NCBI GenBank assembly: GCA_021774445.1
Contig: JAJFJA010000046.1
Coordinates: 48,562-112,561, forward strand
DNA: 64,000 nt
Direction of reading: 5' to 3'
Source of the DNA: Alphaproteobacteria bacterium
GTDB lineage: Bacteria; Pseudomonadota; Alphaproteobacteria; UBA6615
Positions within the stretch are counted from its first letter, which is position 1. Each line of letters begins with the position of its first letter. The notes under the pieces are model-generated. The model saw nothing but the letters and a program-made list of their open reading frames with translations, had not been told where the DNA came from and made no database searches. Below are positions 1 through 8,866 of this stretch, in pieces. The position numbers were made by a program, and so were the translations under genes.

Positions 1-288
1 CTAAAAATGACACAACATAAGTAAAAGACAAAAAGATCACTTGTAGTAAACAAATATAGAAAATTATAATTACTTACTTTCATCTACAATTTTCGGAAAT
101 TATCTCAAAAGATCACCAAAGCTGCGGCATACGAGAACCGCCCTCCTCCTACGTGCTCGATCCGTTAACAGGAAGTAAATGGTAAGTAAAATGTTAACCA
201 TCTAAAACATCAGTAAATATAATGTTTTGACAAGACACGTGATACCTTAAATAGTAACCGCCATTTTGTTTCAACGCGAGTATGAAAC
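1..288. other. Strongly A+T-rich non-coding region at the window edge, upstream of the TadG/vWA gene
   Basis: Hand counts give 15/60 G+C for nt 1-60 and 14/60 for nt 61-120. A spot-counted line in dusB gives 43/60. There is no substantial ORF. A 10-nt direct repeat AAAAGATCAC occurs at 31-40 and 107-116. Confidence 0.6.
194..223 (+). promoter_or_regulatory. Candidate sigma70-type promoter (TTAACC-N18-TATAAT)
   Basis: Perfect TATAAT at 218-223 and TTAACC at 194-199, about 65 nt upstream of the ATG at 289. This is a motif match only. Confidence 0.25.
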
Positions 289-1731
289 ATGTCCGAATAC
301 CTCAGACATACTTATGTCACAGTAAAGCAGAGCATTCGTCGTTTTACGACCGACCAGCGCGGTGCCGTTGCCGTTTTTCTGGCCCTCGGCATAATTCCGC
401 TAATCGGGTTTATCGGCATCGCGACGGATGCGGCGCGTGGCTACATGGTGAAGGCGAAGCTCCAACAGGCCCTGGATGCTGCCGCATTAGCCGGCGGCCG
501 AGCCATTGAGGATCCGGATCGCGACGACGATATTCGTGGTTATTTTGCCGCTAATTTTCCCGATGGTTTGCTTGGCGCAAGTGTCGCCATCCCGACCATC
601 GTGGTCGACACGGCGGAAGGCATCGTCGACGTGCAGGTCGCGGCCAACCTGCCGACCTCGTTCATGCGCGTGCTCGGCATAGACGACATCACGGTGAACG
701 CCCAGTCCGTCGTGCACCGCGCCGTTCGCGGCATGGAACTTGTCCTGATCATGGACAACACGGGCTCGATGCGTTGGGACAACAAAATGGTAACGATGAA
801 GAATGCGGCCACCGAACTCATCGATATTCTGTACGGACAAAAAGAGACGATAAAGGATTTCTACGTCGGCATTGTTCCTTACGTTTCCAATGTCAACGTC
901 GGTTTCGCCCATACCGACTGGACCAGCGACTATGACCCGGCCAATTTCGATCTCGTCGGCGCTTACAGCCCCACGCAACTGAGCTGGAAGGGCTGCGTTC
1001 TGGCACGGCCATATCCTGACGACACCAACGACAAGACCCCGGCCCAAGCCCTGTTCCAAACCTACATCTGGCAAGACGACAGCGAAAACAACTGGGATCC
1101 CGGCCCCTACGATGAATCCGATGCACAACAAGCCGCCTCGAGCAATACCGACGGACCCAATCTCTCTTGCCCCACCCCGATTCTGCCGTTGACGGCCGAG
1201 AAAAGCACCGTCCAGGCTGCAATCGACGCGATGGTCTGGTACCGCCGCTTCGGCACCATGAGTAATGTCGGCATGGTCTGGGGTTGGCGCGTCCTCTCTC
1301 CGGCTTGGCGCGGCTTGTGGGGGGGCGCCACGCCGCCCGAACTCCCGCTCGACTACAATGAGCCTCTGACCGACAAGGTCGCGATCCTACTGACCGATGG
1401 CCTGAACCAATGGAGTGGCGCCAGCAGCGATTATTATTACGCTTATGGCTACCCGGACGACGGCAACCTGGTGCCGCCTCCGGTCAATAACACCAACTCA
1501 CGCGCCGAACTCAACAGCCGGCTCGCGGAGATCTGCTCGTCGATGAAGGCCGCTGGAACGATCATTTATACAATCACCTTCCGGGTCGGCAGCAATACCG
1601 AGGTCAAAGACCTCTACAAGAATTGTGCGTCCGACCCAAGCCAATATTTTGATTCCCCGAGCAACGAACAGCTCAGCCAGACTTTCCAGGCGATCGGCGC
1701 TGAACTCAGCAATCTTCGTCTGCAGCAGTAG
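289..1731 (+). CDS. TadE/TadG-like N-terminal helix plus von Willebrand factor A (vWA) domain protein
   Basis: The N-terminus ...RGAVAVFLALGIIPLIGFIGIATDAARGY... is typical of the TadG/Flp-pilus-associated family. A MIDAS-like motif VLIMDNTGSM is followed by a vWA-like fold pattern (ILLTDG...IYTITF). Confidence 0.8.
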   Translation: MSEYLRHTYVTVKQSIRRFTTDQRGAVAVFLALGIIPLIGFIGIATDAARGYMVKAKLQQALDAAALAGGRAIEDPDRDDDIRGYFAANFPDGLLGASVAIPTIVVDTAEGIVDVQVAANLPTSFMRVLGIDDITVNAQSVVHRAVRGMELVLIMDNTGSMRWDNKMVTMKNAATELIDILYGQKETIKDFYVGIVPYVSNVNVGFAHTDWTSDYDPANFDLVGAYSPTQLSWKGCVLARPYPDDTNDKTPAQALFQTYIWQDDSENNWDPGPYDESDAQQAASSNTDGPNLSCPTPILPLTAEKSTVQAAIDAMVWYRRFGTMSNVGMVWGWRVLSPAWRGLWGGATPPELPLDYNEPLTDKVAILLTDGLNQWSGASSDYYYAYGYPDDGNLVPPPVNNTNSRAELNSRLAEICSSMKAAGTIIYTITFRVGSNTEVKDLYKNCASDPSQYFDSPSNEQLSQTFQAIGAELSNLRLQQ

Positions 1732-1744
1732 GCCCACAATACCG

Positions 1745-1780
1745 AATGGCCCGCGGCCGACCACCGCGGGCCATTCTTTA
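1745..1780 (+). terminator. Rho-independent terminator candidate after the vWA gene
   Basis: 12-bp perfect stem AATGGCCCGCGG / CCGCGGGCCATT (1745-1756 and 1764-1775) with a 7-nt loop, followed by CTTTA. Confidence 0.6.
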
Positions 1781-1868
1781 TGTGCGGGCACACCCGCCGG
1801 TCCTATTTCCTTCCTGCGGCACCACCGCTAAGTTCGGCAGCCTCGCCGTCTAACATGCGGAACGCCGG

Positions 1869-2696
1869 ATGACGCAGAACCTTCATCGCTTGCTCGAAGT
1901 CATGGCGCAGTTGCGCCACCCGGACACCGGCTGCCCGTGGGATGTCGAACAAACATTTGCGACCATTGCCCCTTATACCGTCGAGGAAGCTTACGAAGTC
2001 GCCGACGCTATCGAACGCGGCGATATGCATGCGTTGAAGAACGAGTTGGGCGACCTGCTGCTCCAGGTCGTGTTCCACGCCCGCATGGCCGAAGAGTCCG
2101 ACCTTTTCGATTTCGATGATGTCGCGGCGGCAATCTCTGAGAAAATGGTCCGACGCCATCCGCATGTATACGCGGGCGCGCCGCGCAACCCGGCCAGCCT
2201 GAAACAGAGTTGGCATGCCATCAAGGCCGAGGAACGGTCGGCCAAGGCCAGCCAGGAGCGCCGCAATCCCGGTGTCCTCGATGACGTCCCGCGCGCGCTC
2301 CCCGCCCTCGCCCGCGCCGACAAGCTGCAAGCCCGGGCCGCACGGGTCGGTTTTGATTGGCCGTCAGCGACCCAGGTTCTGGACAAAATCCGCGAAGAAA
2401 TCGCGGAAGTCGAGGAAGCGATAAGCGGCGACATGCAACGCGAACATGTCAGTGAGGAGATCGGCGATCTCTTGTTCGCCGTCGTCAATTTGGCCCGCCA
2501 CCTGAGTATCGATCCGGAGACGGCCTTGGCCACCGGCAATGCCAAATTCGTCCGCCGGTTCACCCGCATCGAAGAATTGCTGGCACAGCAGGATCGTTCG
2601 CCCGAACAGGCCGACCTCGATGAATTGGAGGCCCTGTGGCAACAGACCAAACAGGAAGAGCGTGCGCGCGAGTTAGGAATCTCTGATGCCGAGTGA
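1869..2696 (+). CDS. mazG: Nucleoside triphosphate pyrophosphohydrolase MazG
   Basis: Tandem MazG domains: ...CPWDVEQTFATIAPYTVEEAYEVADAIE... and a second EEIGDLLFAVVNLARH repeat. Length 275 aa. Confidence 0.9.
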   Translation: MTQNLHRLLEVMAQLRHPDTGCPWDVEQTFATIAPYTVEEAYEVADAIERGDMHALKNELGDLLLQVVFHARMAEESDLFDFDDVAAAISEKMVRRHPHVYAGAPRNPASLKQSWHAIKAEERSAKASQERRNPGVLDDVPRALPALARADKLQARAARVGFDWPSATQVLDKIREEIAEVEEAISGDMQREHVSEEIGDLLFAVVNLARHLSIDPETALATGNAKFVRRFTRIEELLAQQDRSPEQADLDELEALWQQTKQEERARELGISDAE

Positions 2697-3723
2697 CACC
2701 CACAATCGGAACAAGGACGCCCTGCGGCCCCTGCGCAGGGCCCTTTACGACTATGAAGCTGACGGCGTCCGAAGCGCGCTGGCGCACGCCTTCCGTAAAG
2801 ATGCGCCGGTGCGCCTCGCCTATCCGTTCGGAGATCTCGACGGTGCCGACGGCCTCTACAGCGAAGCCCTGGCGCCACTGCACAAGGCGCTACCCGACCT
2901 CGAACGCCGCGACACGATTGTCATCGCCGGCGCAACCGCAAACCATTCGAACTGGGTCGGCTGCGCCGGTTATTACACCGGAACTTTCGTGCGGTCCTGG
3001 CACGACATACCGCCGACCAATCATCAGGTCGCGCTGCGCTTCCATGAATTCTTTCGGATGGAAGAGGGTCGGATCGCTGAGATGCAGGCCCTCTGGGACA
3101 TCCCTGAGGTGATGATGCAGGCGAAGGCCTGGCCAATGGCGCCAAGCCTCGGGCGAGAATGGCACGTACCCGGCCCGGCGACCCAGGACGGCCTCGTATC
3201 TGGCCCCTACGATGCCGAACATTCGGATACCAGCGTCAGGCTTGTCTCGGAGATGCTTGCCGGCCTTGGCAATTTCGCGAGCGGTGGTGTCGAGGCGATG
3301 CGGCTCGCGGACCACTGGCATCCGAACTTCAGTTGGTACGGCCCTTCGGGCATCGGCACCGGCCGCGGCATCGCCGGTTTCCGCAACTGGCATCAAATCC
3401 CGTTTCTCAACGCTCTGCCCGACCGCGTCGGCTCGCTGGGCAAGGGCAACCTCTTCGGCGACGGCGACTATGTCGGCTTCACTGCCTGGCCGGGCATGCA
3501 CGCGACCGTCACCGGCGACGGCTGGCTGGGTATCGCGCCTGCCGGCCAGAAAATCACCATGCGCAGTCTCGACTTCTGGCGCTGCGAAAACGGCCTCATC
3601 CGAGAGAACTGGGTCTTGGTAGACCTCCTCGATGTGTTCCACCAGATCGGCGTCGATGTATTTGCCCGGCTGCGTGAGTTCAACAAGGCACGCGCGCCGT
3701 TCAGCGCGCCGCCGGCGTATTAG
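2686..3723 (+). CDS. Hypothetical protein with two NTF2/SnoaL-like (ester-cyclase-like) halves
   Basis: 345-aa ORF overlapping the mazG stop by 11 nt. Internal repeat-like halves carry SnoaL-type patterns (...FHEFFRMEEGRIAEMQALWD... and ...LDFWRCENGLIRENWVLVD...). The function is not assignable by eye. Confidence 0.5.
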   Translation: MPSDTHNRNKDALRPLRRALYDYEADGVRSALAHAFRKDAPVRLAYPFGDLDGADGLYSEALAPLHKALPDLERRDTIVIAGATANHSNWVGCAGYYTGTFVRSWHDIPPTNHQVALRFHEFFRMEEGRIAEMQALWDIPEVMMQAKAWPMAPSLGREWHVPGPATQDGLVSGPYDAEHSDTSVRLVSEMLAGLGNFASGGVEAMRLADHWHPNFSWYGPSGIGTGRGIAGFRNWHQIPFLNALPDRVGSLGKGNLFGDGDYVGFTAWPGMHATVTGDGWLGIAPAGQKITMRSLDFWRCENGLIRENWVLVDLLDVFHQIGVDVFARLREFNKARAPFSAPPAY

Positions 3724-4598
3724 TCGTTCGCCAACAACTGCATCAGGCTTGACGTGTCCCAACGATTGCCGCCTCGCGCTTGCACATGCGAGTAGAACTG
3801 GTCGACCAGCGCCGCCACCGGCAACCGTGCGCCAGTTCGTTGCGCCTCGTCCAGACAGATGGCCAGATCCTTGCGCATCCAATCGACCGCGAATCCGTGC
3901 TCGAACGCACCGGCGAGCATGGTTTCCCACCGATTTTCCATCTGCCAGGATTGTGCCGCGCCTTTTGAGATAACCTCCACCACCTTGGGCATGTCGAGGC
4001 CTGCCTTGACGCCGAAGTTCAGCGCTTCCGAGAGACCTTGTACCAACCCGGCGATGCAGATCTGGTTGACCATTTTGGCCAGTTGCCCCGACCCAGCCGG
4101 CCCCAGCAGGACGCAAGCCCGTGCGTAGGCATCGATCACCGGCTGCGCCGTCTCGAATGTCTCCTGTGCACCGCCAACCATCACCGTAAGAACACCGTTC
4201 TCCGCCCCGGCTTGGCCGCCCGACACCGGGGCATCCAAGAACCCGATGCCGCACTCGCCGGCGGCGTCCGCCAACTCTCTCGCCAGGCCGGCCGATGCGG
4301 TCGTGTGATCCACCAAGACCGCACCGGACTTCATCCCGGCCAGCGCGCCGTCGTCGCCATACATCACACTGCGCACATCGTCGTCATTGCCCACGCACGC
4401 AAATACGACGTCCGCCCCCGCGGCCGCCTCTCGCGGTGTCTGAGCACTCTTCCCCTTATGCTGCGACAGCCATTTCTCGGCCTTGCCGGGGCTCCGGTTA
4501 TAGACGGTGACCGAATGTCCCGCGGCCGCCAAATGCCCGGCCATGGGATAGCCCATGACGCCAAGTCCCAGAAACGCCGTGTTGCGCCCGTTGCTCAT
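3720..4598 (-). CDS. NAD(P)-dependent beta-hydroxyacid dehydrogenase family (3-hydroxyisobutyrate dehydrogenase-like)
   Basis: N-terminal Rossmann motif FLGLGVMGYPMAGHL and family motifs ...DAPVSGG...GTLTVMVGG... Length 292 aa. Confidence 0.8.
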   Translation of the reverse strand: MSNGRNTAFLGLGVMGYPMAGHLAAAGHSVTVYNRSPGKAEKWLSQHKGKSAQTPREAAAGADVVFACVGNDDDVRSVMYGDDGALAGMKSGAVLVDHTTASAGLARELADAAGECGIGFLDAPVSGGQAGAENGVLTVMVGGAQETFETAQPVIDAYARACVLLGPAGSGQLAKMVNQICIAGLVQGLSEALNFGVKAGLDMPKVVEVISKGAAQSWQMENRWETMLAGAFEHGFAVDWMRKDLAICLDEAQRTGARLPVAALVDQFYSHVQARGGNRWDTSSLMQLLAND

Positions 4599-4647
4599 AG
4601 TGCCAAACTCCTATTAGACGAATCTTCTGCTGAATCTCGTATGGGCC

Positions 4648-4791
4648 GTCATTACGAGCGCAGCGACGCAATCCGGGCGTTGCCAGCCCAATTCGTCGAC
4701 TGGCTCGAATCTCGTGGCGACCTCTCCGGACGACCGGCGACAGGGCTTTCCTACGAGCACCGATGGATTGCCTCGCTGCGCTCGCAACGAC
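4648..4791. repeat. REP/MITE-like palindromic element (27-nt imperfect inverted repeats flanking a 90-nt spacer)
   Basis: The left arm is GTCATTACGAGCGCAGCGACGCAATCC (4648-4674). The right arm is GGATTGCCTCGCTGCGCTCGCAACGAC (4765-4791). The right arm matches the reverse complement of the left arm at 24 of 27 positions. The element lies in the intergenic gap downstream of hflX. Confidence 0.6.
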
Positions 4792-4846
4792 GGCATTCAT
4801 CCGTTTTTTGGCAGAACCGCGGGCATACGGCCAGCCGAAAGACGCC

Positions 4847-6199
4847 CTATTGCGCGGCGACAGGCTCTTCCGCGGCGGCTTCGCACCGGATCCCCGTGCG
4901 GCGCAGGAATCGCGCCTTATTGGCCGGATCCAGGCGTACCCGCAAATGCACCCGCCCATCCTCGCTGCGCCGGTCGAGGACATCGCCATGCTCATGCAGC
5001 CAGGCCACGCTCGCACCGTCGCTTTCCGGCACGCTAACCTCTATGGCTTCATGCCGCGCCGCCAACAGCCGGTCGATTTCCCGCAACACCTCGTCGCAGC
5101 CATCGCCGGTCAGTGCCGAAATCGCGAACTGATCGGCACTCCGCTTGGTCAGCTCGTTTACCCGGCCTGCCTCGTCCGGCGCCAACCGATCGATCTTGTT
5201 GAGCAACACGATCTGCGCTTGATCCTTGTCATCGCCGACCCCGAGTTCCCCCAGGATCGTGCGCACGTCGGCATCCTGTGCATCGCTGTCGGGATGGGAA
5301 ATATCGCGCACCACGATCACTACATCGGCCGCCAAGACCTCTTCGAGCGTCGCCCGGAATGCCGCGATCAAATCATGCGGCAGATCGGAGATGAACCCCA
5401 CCGTGTCCGAGAGAATAATTTCCTTCCCGGAGGGCAGCACCACCCGCCGCATGGTCGGGTCCAATGTCGCAAACAACAGATCGTCGGCAAACACGTCGGC
5501 CGCGGTCAGTCGGTTGAACAAGGTTGACTTGCCGGCATTCGTGTAACCCACCAAAGCCACGATGGGATACGGTACCCGCTGCCGCGCCGCTCGATGCAGG
5601 CCGCGCGTGCGACGAACCTTACTGAGCTCCGTTTTCAGCCGCGCGATCCGTTCGCTGATGATGCGCCGGTCGATCTCAAGCTGACTCTCGCCCGGCCCAC
5701 CGAGGAAACCATGGCCACCACGCTGCCGCTCCAGATGGGTCCAAGACCGTACCAGGCGGGTCTTCTGATAGCTCAGGGCCGCTAGTTCGACCTGCAGCTT
5801 ACCTTCGTTGGTTTTCGCACGCGCCCCGAAGATTTCCAGGATAAGCCCGGTTCGATCGATAACCTTGCAGTGCCACGCTCGCTCCAGGTTGCGCTGCTGA
5901 ATAGGACTAAGCGCGCCATTGACAACGACAAGTTCGGCGTCCATCGCCTTCACGGTTACGCCGAGCGCTTCGACGGTGCCGGGGCCGAATAGCGTCGCCG
6001 GCCGCACGGCCTGAATGGTTACCGTTTCGGCATGCACCACATCCAGCTGTATCGCTGCGGCCAGACCAATGGCCTCCTGCAATAGCGCCTCGGCGCTTCT
6101 GGCACCGCTGCTGGACTTGCGTACCGCTTGCAGGACGACGGCACGAAGGGCTTCCGGCACCTCCCCCTTGTCTGTCCCTGGCGAAAGATTAGCTATCAC
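4847..6199 (-). CDS. hflX: GTPase HflX
   Basis: HflX N-domain followed by the G-domain motifs [21 protein letters not shown] and NKID. Located immediately downstream of hfq. Confidence 0.9.
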   Translation of the reverse strand: MIANLSPGTDKGEVPEALRAVVLQAVRKSSSGARSAEALLQEAIGLAAAIQLDVVHAETVTIQAVRPATLFGPGTVEALGVTVKAMDAELVVVNGALSPIQQRNLERAWHCKVIDRTGLILEIFGARAKTNEGKLQVELAALSYQKTRLVRSWTHLERQRGGHGFLGGPGESQLEIDRRIISERIARLKTELSKVRRTRGLHRAARQRVPYPIVALVGYTNAGKSTLFNRLTAADVFADDLLFATLDPTMRRVVLPSGKEIILSDTVGFISDLPHDLIAAFRATLEEVLAADVVIVVRDISHPDSDAQDADVRTILGELGVGDDKDQAQIVLLNKIDRLAPDEAGRVNELTKRSADQFAISALTGDGCDEVLREIDRLLAARHEAIEVSVPESDGASVAWLHEHGDVLDRRSEDGRVHLRVRLDPANKARFLRRTGIRCEAAAEEPVAAQ

Positions 6200-6443
6200 C
6201 GGCCTCCGATCGATCTTGCTCGAATAATTGGATAGGCATCGACGGCATCACCGTGGAGATTGCGTGCTTGTAGACAAGCTGCGAATGCGCATCGCGTCGC
6301 AACAAAACACAGAAATTGTCGAACCAAGTCACAACGCCCTGAAGTTTAACGCCGTTCACAAGGAATATTGTGACAGGTGTTTTGTTCTTTCGGATGTAGT
6401 TGAGAAAAACATCCTGGACATTCTGTGATTTTTCGGCAGCCAT
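6189..6443 (-). CDS. hfq: RNA chaperone Hfq
   Basis: [67 protein letters not shown] is the Sm1/Sm2 Hfq signature. I trimmed the start to the second ATG of the ATGATG pair, behind AAGGGGG. The ATG at 6446 is equally possible. Confidence 0.95.
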   Translation of the reverse strand: MAAEKSQNVQDVFLNYIRKNKTPVTIFLVNGVKLQGVVTWFDNFCVLLRRDAHSQLVYKHAISTVMPSMPIQLFEQDRSEAGDS

Positions 6444-6567
6444 CATTACCCCCTTGTTGTTATTTGCCGTGGCCGTTTGAAAGTGACTCACACCGGATGC
6501 CTTCTACTTGAGGGCCTAACCCCAGAATAAGCCAAATTTCACTAATTTCCACTGACTTCCAGCGAAA

Positions 6568-7461
6568 TCATCCGGCCCGCTCTCCCGTATTCCTCGTTTC
6601 GCTCGTTTCGGACAGGCTCCGAACGTACCCGATATAGGCATCGTATAGCCTACGCGTTACCGGTCCTGGCCGCCCATCGCCGATCGTTCCTCCATCAATT
6701 TTCAGCACCGGCAGAACGGCGGACGAACTGCTCGACAGAAAGGCCTCACTTGCCATGCGCACCTCGTCTATCGTAAACGCCCGCTCCTCCACACGCACGC
6801 CCATATCGGCAGCCAGCCGTAGAATCGTCGCCCGTGTGACCCCGCCCAGGATTTCGCTGCCGATACCGCGCGTGACCAACTGCCCTTGCTCGCCCACAAG
6901 CCAAGCGTTGGAGGATGCTCCCTCGGTAACCGCACCGTCACGGTCCAGCAGCCACGCCTCATACGCCCCCGCCTCTGCCGCCGCCTGCTTGGCCAGTACA
7001 TTGGCGATCAGGGACACCGATTTAATGTCCGCCCGTCCCCACCGTATGTCGTCGAGGCTGATCACCGATACGCCCTTTTGGAACCGCGCCTCCGACCACA
7101 ACCCGTTGCAGCGCGCCGTCATCACCAGTGCCGGTTCGATTACCAGGGGAAACTTGTGATCGCGCCGCGCGACCCCCCGCGTCACCTGGAGGTAGAGTAG
7201 CCCGTCGCGCACCCGATTGCGCCGCAACAGCTCTCGCATGACCAACTGCAGTGCTGCGCGGCTCATCGGCCGGACGATGCGTAGCTCCCGTAGCGAACGG
7301 TCGAGGCGGTCCAGATGTGCCTCGCCATCAATCAGCGCACCACGATGGACCACCACGACCTCATAGACGCCGTCGGCGAACTGATAGCCGCGATCTTCCA
7401 CATGCACCATCGCATTGCGGTGCCGAACGTAACGGCCATTCACATAGGCGATTCGCGACAT
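6568..7461 (-). CDS. dat: Class IV aminotransferase (D-amino-acid / branched-chain aminotransferase family)
   Basis: 297 aa with fold-type IV patterns (...DRGYQFADGVYEV..., ...GVTR...). It sits between trkA and hfq, as does the gene annotated dat in rhizobia. Confidence 0.75.
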   Translation of the reverse strand: MSRIAYVNGRYVRHRNAMVHVEDRGYQFADGVYEVVVVHRGALIDGEAHLDRLDRSLRELRIVRPMSRAALQLVMRELLRRNRVRDGLLYLQVTRGVARRDHKFPLVIEPALVMTARCNGLWSEARFQKGVSVISLDDIRWGRADIKSVSLIANVLAKQAAAEAGAYEAWLLDRDGAVTEGASSNAWLVGEQGQLVTRGIGSEILGGVTRATILRLAADMGVRVEERAFTIDEVRMASEAFLSSSSSAVLPVLKIDGGTIGDGRPGPVTRRLYDAYIGYVRSLSETSETRNTGERAG

Positions 7462-7483
7462 ACGGCGGCAGACCTCGGCTGGC

Positions 7484-8860
7484 TTAGAAAAACTCGAGGC
7501 TGACCGAGAACATCTTCTCGACTCGTTTCACCGCGCCCTTGGTGGCGAAAAGTACCACCAAATCACCCACCCCGATGACCGTCCCGCCGCGTGCCATCTC
7601 GATGCCATCCTTTCGCACCACCGCCGCAATGACGATGCCCGACGGCAGCTTCGCCTCACGCAGCGGCAACCCGACGACACTGGACGTCTCGAGCGCTTCG
7701 ACCTCCATGATCTCGCCGAAATTGTCGGCGATCGAGTGGACGGAGCGAATCCGCCCGCGGCGTATGTATTGCAGGATAGTCGACACCGTAATCGCCCGCG
7801 GACTCACCACCACATCGATGCCGAGCGGCGCCATCAAGGGGCCGTAGGTTCCCGAATTCACCAATGTGATCACCCGCCCCGCGCCATAACGCTTGGCCAG
7901 GAGCGACGACAGGATGTTGACTTCGTCGTCATTGGTAACCGCGATCACCGTCTCGGCCCGCGACACGTTCGCTTCTTCGAGAATCTCCGGATCCAGGGCA
8001 TCTCCGTTGAGGATTACGGTCTTCGGGCAAGCTTGGGCGACGAACTCGGCCCGTTCGCGGTCCAACTCGATCAATCTCGTGCTAACGCCCGGAAAGTTAT
8101 CGGCCAGGTCCTCCGCCAGACAAAGCCCGATGTTGCCGCCACCGATGACCACGACCCGGCGCGCCTCGGGTTCTTCGTGGCCGAATGCCACCATTGTACG
8201 CGGCACATGATCGCTATCGACGACGAGATAGACCTCATCGCCTTCGAACAACTCGTCATCGCCTGACGCCACGATGGGTGAGGTGTTTCGTATAATGCCG
8301 ACAGTGTTGATGTTCAAATCCGGAAACAGCGACGTAAGCTGACGCAGTGGCGTGTTCAGGATTGGACAATCCGGCTCGCAACGAATCCCCAACAGCTTAA
8401 GTTTGTTATCGGCCAGCGGAATCATGTCGACGGTACCGGGTACGGTCAGCCGACGACCGATCGCCCGCGCGACTTCGATCTCCGGCGAGATGATCACGTC
8501 GATCGGCATATGGTCGCGGCTGAACAGATCCGACCAAATCGGCTCGAGATAGTCCCGCGCCCGCAGCCGTGCGACCTTCGTCGGCACATCGAACAATGAG
8601 TGCGCGATCTGGCAAGCCACCATGTTCACTTCGTCGGCGAAGGTCACGGCAACGATCATGTCGCAGTCCCGCGCGCCGGCAGCCTCCAGCACACTGGGAT
8701 GGGCGGCATGACCGACCATGCCGCGCACGTCGAGCGAATCGCCGATCTTTTGGATCAGATCCGGCCGCTGGTCGATAACGGTAATATCGATACCTTCGCT
8801 CGCCAGCTCCCGCGCAATATTCGAGCCGACCTGCCCCGCACCGCAAATAATAGCTTTCAT
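7484..8860 (-). CDS. trkA: Trk potassium uptake system protein TrkA
   Basis: 458 aa. Two Rossmann units (MKAIICGAGQVGSNIA and VVVIGGGNIGLCLA), each followed by an RCK_C-like segment. Confidence 0.9.
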   Translation of the reverse strand: MKAIICGAGQVGSNIARELASEGIDITVIDQRPDLIQKIGDSLDVRGMVGHAAHPSVLEAAGARDCDMIVAVTFADEVNMVACQIAHSLFDVPTKVARLRARDYLEPIWSDLFSRDHMPIDVIISPEIEVARAIGRRLTVPGTVDMIPLADNKLKLLGIRCEPDCPILNTPLRQLTSLFPDLNINTVGIIRNTSPIVASGDDELFEGDEVYLVVDSDHVPRTMVAFGHEEPEARRVVVIGGGNIGLCLAEDLADNFPGVSTRLIELDRERAEFVAQACPKTVILNGDALDPEILEEANVSRAETVIAVTNDDEVNILSSLLAKRYGAGRVITLVNSGTYGPLMAPLGIDVVVSPRAITVSTILQYIRRGRIRSVHSIADNFGEIMEVEALETSSVVGLPLREAKLPSGIVIAAVVRKDGIEMARGGTVIGVGDLVVLFATKGAVKRVEKMFSVSLEFF

Positions 8861-8866
8861 GGGCTG

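Noticed and set aside
1869-2696. MazG as part of a mazEF toxin-antitoxin module
   Set aside because: No mazE- or mazF-like small ORFs flank it. It is a full-length tandem-domain MazG in the conserved position next to hflX.
2890-4254. 454-aa ORF on the minus strand spanning the SnoaL-like and dehydrogenase genes. Similar long shadow ORFs occur at 25544-26929 (+), 44038-45522 (+), 49928-51499 (-), 58233-59231 (-), 33556-34452 (+) and 15432-16364 (+).
   Set aside because: Their composition is Arg/Gly/Pro/Ala-rich and low in complexity. They lie antisense or out of frame to ORFs with clear family signatures. These are the usual stop-codon-poor shadow frames of high-G+C DNA.
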